NCBI GenBank assembly: GCA_965221695.1
Contig: OZ244905.1
Span: 1,664,001-1,728,000, forward strand
DNA: 64,000 nucleotides
DNA from: Gammaproteobacteria bacterium
GTDB taxonomy: Bacteria > Pseudomonadota > Gammaproteobacteria > Eutrophobiales > Eutrophobiaceae
Reading direction: 5' to 3'
A model generated the notes under the pieces. The model ran no database searches, had not been told where the DNA came from, and saw only the letters and a program-made list of their open reading frames with translations. The position numbers were made by a program, and so were the translations under genes. Each line of letters starts with the position of its first letter. Position 1 is the stretch's first letter. This document shows, piece after piece, positions 56,508 through 64,000 of this stretch.

Positions 56508-56516
56508 GAGGGTCTG
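56349..56516 (+). repeat. REP/RPE-like element, family B copy 3
   Basis: CCATTCCGATGCAAGCAGGAAGCCAGTG...GACTGGACTCCCGCTGTTGCGGGAGTGG...GCCAACAGTTACATG...TGTGCAGAAACCTGATCATGAGGGT. Confidence 0.85.
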
Positions 56517-56652
56517 GAAAAAAATCTGTTTACCATAATTATTTGCTTGATGAAGGATTGACCCGGAACAGAATCAGTCCCGATTACGGTGACTTCTATT
56601 GGTTTCAGAGCGGGCCCGTAAGGTATTACGGCTTTGAAAATCCCTCCTGCGA

Positions 56653-57882
56653 TTATAACAATTCCTTAATGGGAAAGTCTGCGTCGGCCAATCTTTTTTT
56701 ATCCAACTCCTTTTGCAGCGGGATCAGTTTTTTACTGAACATGAACTCTTGTGGTTTGTTTACCGCGTCAACTGCAATCACCCTGTCATTTTTAAAATAG
56801 AATGCCGCAAAACTGCGGTCGTTGACAGGGTCGCCGCGGATGATGATCTCATCGTAGCCTTGGGAGAGACCGGCGATCTGCAGCATCAGGTCATATTGTT
56901 CGGACCAGAACCAGGGAACGGCACTATAACTGACTTGCTTGCCACAGGCTGCGCCGGCGGCTACCCTGGATTGGTCCGTGGCGTTCTGCACCGACTCCAA
57001 CCGGAGGCGGCGATCATAGATTGGGTTGTGGTGGTTGGCGCAATCCCCGGCTGCGAAAATATCCGGGTCTGAGGTCTGCGCCCGCTCGTTGACTACGATG
57101 CCATTATCGACTTTCAGTCCCGCCGCCTCAGCCAGAGCCGTATTCGGCAATATGCCCACTCCGATGATCACCAGGTCAGCCGCAAGTTCACTACCGTCAC
57201 TGCAGATAACTTTGGTGACCATCCCGTCGCCCTTGAACCCATCCACACCGACGCCGCAACGGATGCTGACACCCTCTTCCTCGTGTATGCGCTGATAGAA
57301 TTCCGATACCACGGGAGCCGTGACCCGCTGCAACACCCGATCCATCATCTCCAGCACGGTGACATTCATTCCTTTTTTATTCAGAACCGCGGCGGTCTCA
57401 AGACCGATATATCCGGCGCCGACGATGACCGCGTTAGCTCCCGGGCTGATATGGGGTTTTATGCGCTCGACATCGTTCAGGTCGCGCAGGTAGAAGAGCC
57501 GATCAAGATCAGCCCCCGGCAAGTTCACTTTGCGGACTTTCGACCCGACTGCCAGCGCCATTTTGTCATAGGACAACAGTTCCTTATTACTGAGTAGCGC
57601 TGTCTTGTCTTTCCGGTTGATGGCTTCCACAGAGGTTCCAAGAATAAATTCCACTTCCGACTTCTCATACACACTGGCCGGGCGGATCAGGATTTCATCC
57701 AGGTTCTTGGCGCCGGCCAAGTAGTCTTTCGACAGGGGCGGACGGTGATAAGGGATAGAGGCTTCGGCCCCGACCACGACAATACGCCCCTGCCAGCCCT
57801 GCTGGCGCAGACTGGGAGCCAGCATGGACGCGGCATGGCTGGCGCCAGCGATGATGAAAGTTTCAGTCATATTATTAGTCAA
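56653..57882 (-). CDS. Ferredoxin reductase (putidaredoxin reductase-like)
   Basis: PYHRPPLSK, GAGYIGLE, TSDPDIFAAGD, RLESVQNA, VPWFWSEQY. Confidence 0.92.
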   Translation of the reverse strand: MTNNMTETFIIAGASHAASMLAPSLRQQGWQGRIVVVGAEASIPYHRPPLSKDYLAGAKNLDEILIRPASVYEKSEVEFILGTSVEAINRKDKTALLSNKELLSYDKMALAVGSKVRKVNLPGADLDRLFYLRDLNDVERIKPHISPGANAVIVGAGYIGLETAAVLNKKGMNVTVLEMMDRVLQRVTAPVVSEFYQRIHEEEGVSIRCGVGVDGFKGDGMVTKVICSDGSELAADLVIIGVGILPNTALAEAAGLKVDNGIVVNERAQTSDPDIFAAGDCANHHNPIYDRRLRLESVQNATDQSRVAAGAACGKQVSYSAVPWFWSEQYDLMLQIAGLSQGYDEIIIRGDPVNDRSFAAFYFKNDRVIAVDAVNKPQEFMFSKKLIPLQKELDKKRLADADFPIKELL

Positions 57883-57913
57883 TGTGACAAGTATGGGATG
57901 GCCTTTTATTGAA

Positions 57914-59203
57914 TCATAGTTTACCTATAACGTGATAAATTGCATCCGTCAGTTGAGTTAAGTCGGATTGTTCTATGATGTAGGGCGGCATAATATAGAT
58001 AAGCCTGCCAAACGGCCTGATCCAAACTCCCTGTTCTACAAACCAATGCGGAACTACACGCATGTCCACGGACCGGTCCACCTCCACCACGCCAATGGCG
58101 CCCAGCGCTCTAACGTCTACAACGTTAGCCAATTCCCGGCACGCGGCGAGTTCAGCCTTAAGCTGCTTTTCTATTGCATCCACCCGGCTCTGCCAGCCGC
58201 TTTGCTCGAGCTGATGGATACTGGCCAATGCCACCGAACAGGCCAGCGGATTAGCCATAAAGGTGGGACCATGCATGAATACTCCCTCGCCGCCTGCGGA
58301 GATGGTCTCAGCAACCTTTGTTGATGTGAGCGTTGCCGCCAGGGTCATATAACCACCGGTTAATGCCTTGCCCAGGCACATGATGTCCGGCGCGACTCGG
58401 CTGTGTTCGCACGCAAACAGTTTGCCGGTCCTGCCGAAGCCGGTGGCGATCTCGTCGAAAATCAACAGCAGGTCGAAGCGGTCGCAGATTTCTCTTAGTC
58501 TTTTCAGGTACTCAGGGGAATAGAACCACATGCCGCCGGCGCCCTGAACCACGGGTTCCAGGATGACTGCGGCAATTTCATCATGATGTTTTTCAGCCAG
58601 TGATGCAAGCGCCGCAATATCATCGTCCTTCCATTCCTCGTGGAAGCGAACACGCGGTGTGTCGGCAAAGAAATGGCTCGGTAGCGCTTGCTTGAACATT
58701 GAGTGCATCCCGGTCACGGGGTCGCAAACTGCCATGGCGCCAAAGGTGTCGCCGTGGTAACCACCGCGCACGGTCAGCAGCTTTTGTTTGTCAGGGCGTC
58801 CGACTGCAAACCAGTATTGAATGGCCATCTTGATGGCGACTTCCACGGAAACAGATCCGGAATCGGCAAAGAAGACCTTCTGCAACGCAGTCGGGGTGAG
58901 GTCCACCAGTTTCTGCGCCAGGCTGACGGCCGGTTCATGGGTGAGGCCACCGAACATCACATGGGCCATATCCTCTAACTGTGTGGTAATGGCTTCATTC
59001 AGTACCGGGTGGTTATACCCGTGGATGGCGCACCACCAGGACGCCATGCCGTCAATCAACTCTTTTCCGTCCGCCAGTTTGAGTCTGACACCATTGGCGG
59101 AAGTAACGGGAAACACCGGCGGCGGGTCAGTCATGGACGCGTAGGGATGCCAAAGCAAAGCTCGATCTGCTTCAAGCAAAGAGTCAGAATCCAAATATTT
59201 CAT
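57914..59203 (-). CDS. bioA: Adenosylmethionine-8-amino-7-oxononanoate aminotransferase
   Basis: [45 protein letters not shown]. Confidence 0.96.
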   Translation of the reverse strand: MKYLDSDSLLEADRALLWHPYASMTDPPPVFPVTSANGVRLKLADGKELIDGMASWWCAIHGYNHPVLNEAITTQLEDMAHVMFGGLTHEPAVSLAQKLVDLTPTALQKVFFADSGSVSVEVAIKMAIQYWFAVGRPDKQKLLTVRGGYHGDTFGAMAVCDPVTGMHSMFKQALPSHFFADTPRVRFHEEWKDDDIAALASLAEKHHDEIAAVILEPVVQGAGGMWFYSPEYLKRLREICDRFDLLLIFDEIATGFGRTGKLFACEHSRVAPDIMCLGKALTGGYMTLAATLTSTKVAETISAGGEGVFMHGPTFMANPLACSVALASIHQLEQSGWQSRVDAIEKQLKAELAACRELANVVDVRALGAIGVVEVDRSVDMRVVPHWFVEQGVWIRPFGRLIYIMPPYIIEQSDLTQLTDAIYHVIGKL

Positions 59204-59274
59204 CTATCCCTTGGTTACAAGCGAATTGGCAAGCCCGCATTTCTCACCAAATGATGCGACGCTGCGCTTGTGAA

Positions 59275-60930
59275 TCAATAGCCCGCTGCCTGCCCGTCGC
59301 TGCGCGGTTCCGAGGCGCCATGGTAGATGCCATTGCCGGCCCGCATAATTGCCTGGTATCCGCCGAACATATCTGACCCACGCTGGATACGGTGGCCGCG
59401 TTTGGCCAACTCCTTAATCACCTGGTCGGAAAATCCTGATTCCAACAACACCGTTCCACCGTCTTCGAGATGTTCATCCATTTCCGCGGTCGGTTCCGTC
59501 GAGCCATCATGACGCCAGCGCGGCGCATTCCCGGCCTGCTGCGCGTCCATGCCAAAGTCGATGATATTCGTCAATACCTGTAATTGGCCTTGGGGTTGCA
59601 TATCGCCACCGACAACACCGAAGCTCATGAAGGGCTTGTCATCTTTCATCACGAAGGCGGGAATGATAGTGTGGAACGGCCGTTTGCCTGGCGCGTAGAC
59701 ATTGGCATGGGATGAATCCATGGAAAACAGCATGCCGCGATTCTGCAAAGCAAAACCGGTTTCCGGAACGACAACACCGGAACCGAAAAAATGATAGATA
59801 CTCTGGATCAATGACACCATGTTGCCGTCAGCATCAGCGCTGGTTAAATAAATGGTGTCGCCGTTGCGTAATATGCTCTCCCCGGACCTGACCTGGCGCG
59901 CGGCGTCGTTGCCAATCAGGGCGCGTCGTTGTTTATTGTAGCGCCGGCTGATCAGTTCTGAGGTACGCAGCTCGGCAAAATCCGGATCAGCATAGAATTT
60001 GGCCCGGTCTTCAAACACCAGTTTTTTTGTCTCCAGCATCAGGTGCAGACAATCTACGCTCATGAAGCCCATGGAAGCCAGGTCATCATCGACAAGCATC
60101 TGCAACATCTGCAAGACAGCGACACCCTGTCCGCTGGGTGGCAGTTCAAACACTTCATAACCGCGGTAGTTGACGGAAACCGGCGTGACCCAGTCAGAGC
60201 GGTGCGAGGCCAAGTCGGCGCGATCGATATGGCCCCCGTTGTCTTGCATGAAACCGCTGATTCGTTCTGCCAGCTCACCCTCATAAAACGCCTTTGCGCC
60301 GTCTTTGGCAAGCAGGCGGTAGGAGCGGGCCAGCGCTTTATTGATAAAAATATCGCCGACAGCCGGCGACTGACCGGCAGGGGCATAAAGAGAATGGAGC
60401 GCCCCTGGAATGGTCGGCGCCATCATGGCAACCGCGCCTTGCCATTGCTGCGCAATCACGGGCGAAACAGGGAAACCGTTTTCCGCATAGCGGATCGCCG
60501 GTTCCAGCAATTCGGCAAACGGCAATTTACCGAACTTCTCATGTAAAGTGGACCAACCATGCGCCGCGCCGGGCACGGATACCGAGAGAATGCTGTATTC
60601 AGGAATGCGGCGCGTGCCGAGCGCGTGTAACAGCCGGGACAATTCCCTATGCTCAAGCGCGGCAGGCGATCGTCCGCTGGCGTTGAGTCCGTGCAAGCGC
60701 TGTTCTTTAGCATCCCAGACAATGGCAAACAAATCGCCGCCCAGGCCACACATATGGGGCTCCATCAACCCCAGCGCCGCATTTGTGGCAATGGCGGCAT
60801 CCACCGCGTTACCACCTTTTTTCAATACGCTTAAACCGACATTCGCTGCAATCGGCTGACTGGTAGCTACCATGCCGTTGCCGGCTACGATCGCGGATCG
60901 ACTTCCTCTTAGATTCATGATCTCTGCCAA
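59275..60930 (-). CDS. ggt: Gamma-glutamyltransferase family protein
   Basis: GGNAVDAAIA, GDTIYL (nucleophile T), PGKRPFHTI, GASEPRSDG; no signal peptide. Confidence 0.92.
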   Translation of the reverse strand: MAEIMNLRGSRSAIVAGNGMVATSQPIAANVGLSVLKKGGNAVDAAIATNAALGLMEPHMCGLGGDLFAIVWDAKEQRLHGLNASGRSPAALEHRELSRLLHALGTRRIPEYSILSVSVPGAAHGWSTLHEKFGKLPFAELLEPAIRYAENGFPVSPVIAQQWQGAVAMMAPTIPGALHSLYAPAGQSPAVGDIFINKALARSYRLLAKDGAKAFYEGELAERISGFMQDNGGHIDRADLASHRSDWVTPVSVNYRGYEVFELPPSGQGVAVLQMLQMLVDDDLASMGFMSVDCLHLMLETKKLVFEDRAKFYADPDFAELRTSELISRRYNKQRRALIGNDAARQVRSGESILRNGDTIYLTSADADGNMVSLIQSIYHFFGSGVVVPETGFALQNRGMLFSMDSSHANVYAPGKRPFHTIIPAFVMKDDKPFMSFGVVGGDMQPQGQLQVLTNIIDFGMDAQQAGNAPRWRHDGSTEPTAEMDEHLEDGGTVLLESGFSDQVIKELAKRGHRIQRGSDMFGGYQAIMRAGNGIYHGASEPRSDGQAAGY

Positions 60931-61115
60931 ATCAATATTTCTACAGAATTATACGCCCAGACCATTACTGTGTATATTTTGCTGTGTAAATTTCATTAGC
61001 TGACCTACACCCTGTGCCATTCCCGCCCCTGCTCAACGCCATACAGGGCAGGCTTATAATTTACCTGAGCGTCCTGTTATGAAACCACTTGCCAGTTGAC
61101 CGGTAATTTATCAAT

Positions 61116-62060
61116 ATGTTGCTGATTGATCGGAATGGGCTGATGAGTGACCACATCATAATAGCTGAGAACCTGAAGAAGTCGTTTAACGGCGAATTTG
61201 TCGTCAAGGGTATCGACTTGCAGGTGCCGTTCGGCGGCTGTTTCGGCCTGCTGGGACCCAACGGCGCGGGCAAAACGACCACACTGCGAATGATACTGGG
61301 GCAATCTCCGCTGTCTGCGGGCAGACTGGAGGTGCTGGGACTGGATGTGCCGACACATGCCTCCCGAATACGCCAGGAGATCGGTGTGGTCCCGCAGTTG
61401 GACAATCTCGACCCGGATTTCACCGTGGTGGAAAACCTGAAAGTCTACGCCGGTTTTTTCAACCTCGGACGCGCGGGGTTGCAACAACGGATTGCCGAAT
61501 TGTTGAAGTTCGTCGAATTGAGTGAAAAAGCCAATGTCCGCATCAATCAACTGTCAGGAGGGATGAAACGGCGTCTCAGCATCGCCCGCGCCCTGGTCAA
61601 CAGCCCCAGGTTATTGGTGTTGGACGAACCGACTACCGGGCTGGACCCACAGGTCAGGCACCTGATCTGGGGCAGGCTGCGGGAATTGAAGCAATCCGGC
61701 ACAACCCTGTTGCTGACCACGCATTTTATGGAAGAGGCGGAGCGCTTGTGTGACGATATTGTTATTATGGATCACGGCGTGATTCTCAGCCGGGGGCATC
61801 CGAAACAGTTGATCAAGGAGCATGTGGAGCCTGAGGTGGTTGAAATTCACGGTGAAATGGATGCGCTGCCGGGTATTCTGACAGAGCAGGATATACACCG
61901 GGTGGAGATAGTGGGAGAGACGATTTACTATTTTACCAACGCCCCGGAAGAGATCATCCGGCGCGTGGAACACAAACCGAATGTGCACTACCTGCATCGT
62001 CCCGCCAACCTTGAAGACGTGTTCCTGCGTCTGACCGGCAGGGAGCTGAGAGAAGGATGA
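61116..62060 (+). CDS. nodI: NodI-like ABC exporter ATP-binding protein (start probably 61143)
   Basis: GPNGAGKTT, PQLDNLDPDFTV, LSGGMKRRL, RPANLEDVFLRLTGRELR. Confidence 0.85.
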   Translation: MLLIDRNGLMSDHIIIAENLKKSFNGEFVVKGIDLQVPFGGCFGLLGPNGAGKTTTLRMILGQSPLSAGRLEVLGLDVPTHASRIRQEIGVVPQLDNLDPDFTVVENLKVYAGFFNLGRAGLQQRIAELLKFVELSEKANVRINQLSGGMKRRLSIARALVNSPRLLVLDEPTTGLDPQVRHLIWGRLRELKQSGTTLLLTTHFMEEAERLCDDIVIMDHGVILSRGHPKQLIKEHVEPEVVEIHGEMDALPGILTEQDIHRVEIVGETIYYFTNAPEEIIRRVEHKPNVHYLHRPANLEDVFLRLTGRELREG

Positions 62061-62839
62061 TGATGGACTGGCGCGCGCCGCGTATGCGCCGCGGTATGAT
62101 CCATGTCTGGCGCCGCAACCTGCTGGTATGGCGGAAACTGCTGGTACCCAGCCTGTTGCTGAATTTCGGTGAACCGTTCCTCTACCTGCTGGGACTGGGT
62201 CTCGGACTGGGCAGGTTTGTGGGCGAACTGGGTGGGTTGCCGTACCTGACTTTCCTCGCCAGCGGCCTGCTCGCATCGTCTTCCATGAACACGGCTACAT
62301 TCGAAGGACTGTTTTCAGTCTACACCCGCATGGTCCCGCAGCAGACCTATGAAGGCATGCTGGCCACGCCGCTGGAAGTCGATGACATTGTTGCCGGCGA
62401 GATGCTGTGGTGCGCAACCAAGGGACTGTTCAGCAGTTCGGCGATCCTGCTGGTATCCTTCCTGCTTGGCGCGATCTCCCATTGGCAAGCGCTGTTATGT
62501 ATCCCACTGTTTTTCCTGACCGGATTGTGCTTCGCCGGCCCGGCAATCATGGTTGCCTCATTCTCCCGCTCCTATGATTTCTTCAACTACTATGTCACCC
62601 TGATACTGACGCCGATGTTCATCTTCTGCGGTGTTTTCTACCCTGTGACTACCTTGCCTGATTTTGCGCAATCACTGGTGCAGGTATTGCCGCTGAGTCA
62701 TTCCATCTCCCTGATCAGGCCGCTGGCAACGGGTCAGGAACCATCCCAGGTCATTGTCCACCTCAGCGTATTGCTCGCATTTGCCCTGATCAGCTTTTAC
62801 TGGGCGACAGTGCTGGTGCGCAGACGCCTGGTGCAATAG
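62057..62839 (+). CDS. nodJ: NodJ-like ABC-2 permease
   Basis: VWRRNLLVWRK, EPFLYL, SYDFFNYY, GVFYP. Confidence 0.85.
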   Translation: MMMDWRAPRMRRGMIHVWRRNLLVWRKLLVPSLLLNFGEPFLYLLGLGLGLGRFVGELGGLPYLTFLASGLLASSSMNTATFEGLFSVYTRMVPQQTYEGMLATPLEVDDIVAGEMLWCATKGLFSSSAILLVSFLLGAISHWQALLCIPLFFLTGLCFAGPAIMVASFSRSYDFFNYYVTLILTPMFIFCGVFYPVTTLPDFAQSLVQVLPLSHSISLIRPLATGQEPSQVIVHLSVLLAFALISFYWATVLVRRRLVQ

Positions 62840-62856
62840 AACCGGACACTGCCCAT

Positions 62857-63888
62857 ATGGCACACCCGGTCTTAAGCAGATACTTACGGACAGTATTCCT
62901 GGCAGCCCTCACCGCCGGCAGTCTGCTCTGCAGCGCTGTTGCATTCGCCCATGACAGCCGGCCGCTGTTTATCAATATCAGTGAATATGGCGAGGGTGCG
63001 CTGACGCTCAGGTGGAAGACGCCGCCCTCCGTTAATCCGGATAATGTCCCGCGCATTGCGTTGGCGGGTTGCGATGCGGCTCGGCAACAACCGGCGCCGG
63101 TGCGGCCGGTGGGGTCGGAGATTTACGCTTGCGACAGCGGCCTGTCCGGGAAGTCCGTGATCATCGACTATCCGCTGTTCAATCCATCCATTTCATCCTT
63201 GCTGCGCATTGAGTTCAGGAGCGGGGAAGCGCGTAGCGTGATGCTTGATCCCGGCATGACGGAGTGGCGTATTCCGGCGCCGGAGACATTCGAGGGAGTA
63301 ATCAGGGACTATTTTGTGCTCGGGATTGAGCACATATTCGGCGGCATAGACCACTTGCTGTTTCTTGCCGGCCTGCTTTACATCGCCCGCACGCTACGCC
63401 GGATATTGATCACCGTTACCGGTTTTACCCTTGCCCACTCGATAACCCTGTTCCTGGTGGCGCTGGACATGTTACGCGTCGCTGTGCCGGCTGTGGAAAC
63501 AGTGATTGCCCTGTCCATCGTGATGCTTGCCACCGAGATCGCCCGCAATGATCGTTCCACGCTCACCTGGCGCCGCCCGGTCCTGGTCGCCTGCGGTTTT
63601 GGCCTGGTACATGGCGCCGGTTTTGCCTCGGCCCTGACGGAAACGGGTCTGCCGCAGACGGAGAAAATCAGCGCGCTATTATTCTTCAACCTGGGCGTGG
63701 AAGCGGGTCAGTTGCTTATCATAACAGCCTTGTTCAGCGCTCTGTGGTTACTTGCGCGTCTCCCCCACCCACTGCCGATCGCGTATGATAACCAACCTTT
63801 GCGCCTGGCGTTCAGCTATGCGCTCGGCATAATCTCTTGCTTCTGGTTTATCGAACGTTTCAGCGCATCGTTTATTGCAAATGTGTGA
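62857..63888 (+). CDS. HupE/UreJ family protein
   Basis: AHD after signal peptide, LGIEHI..GIDHLLF, FTLAHSITL, FGLVHGAGFA, FNLGVEAGQ. Confidence 0.9.
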   Translation: MAHPVLSRYLRTVFLAALTAGSLLCSAVAFAHDSRPLFINISEYGEGALTLRWKTPPSVNPDNVPRIALAGCDAARQQPAPVRPVGSEIYACDSGLSGKSVIIDYPLFNPSISSLLRIEFRSGEARSVMLDPGMTEWRIPAPETFEGVIRDYFVLGIEHIFGGIDHLLFLAGLLYIARTLRRILITVTGFTLAHSITLFLVALDMLRVAVPAVETVIALSIVMLATEIARNDRSTLTWRRPVLVACGFGLVHGAGFASALTETGLPQTEKISALLFFNLGVEAGQLLIITALFSALWLLARLPHPLPIAYDNQPLRLAFSYALGIISCFWFIERFSASFIANV

Positions 63889-64000
63889 TCATATCCTTCG
63901 GGTAGATATTCCAGGCGCTAATCGTTGTTATCTTTGACATGCTGCAGTTCCCGGTATATATCTTCCGCTATATCTTCTGTTGGCGCCGCGGTATAGACGG

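Overview
This window is a GC-rich proteobacterial chromosome segment, probably gammaproteobacterial (inferred from gene content), with almost every gene on the minus strand. 1-12.0 kb: an MSHA-like type IV filament cluster with secretin, TPR protein, ATPase, platform, assembly proteins, a 940-aa pilin-like protein carrying five internal ~75-aa repeats, a minor pilin and a partial ABC permease. 12.1-17.9 kb: repeats, then a TonB receptor, sulfatase and Tat dipeptidase. 18.0-31.8 kb: a decaying defence island with IS3 and IS21 remnants, a Dsr1-type sirtuin split into two ORFs, a VapBC pair and a Dcm-MORC-Z1-PD-(D/E)XK operon. The island is punctuated by three diverged copies of a ~200-bp module, each set head-to-head with one defence unit. 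31.8-34.7 kb: SAH riboswitch-ahcY-metF-LMW-PTP. 34.8-50.9 kb: a catabolic block lying between ahcY and metK, with TonB receptors, sulfatases, phosphoesterases, an esterase, a CarAa/OxoO-like Rieske oxygenase and a CarC-like hydrolase. 51-64 kb: metK, an RND pump, ferredoxin reductase, bioA, ggt, nodIJ-like ABC exporter and HupE/UreJ. At least three families of small palindromic or MITE-like repeats are dispersed through the window. I found no CRISPR array, tRNA or rRNA. All family assignments come from motif recognition by eye; no database searches were run.
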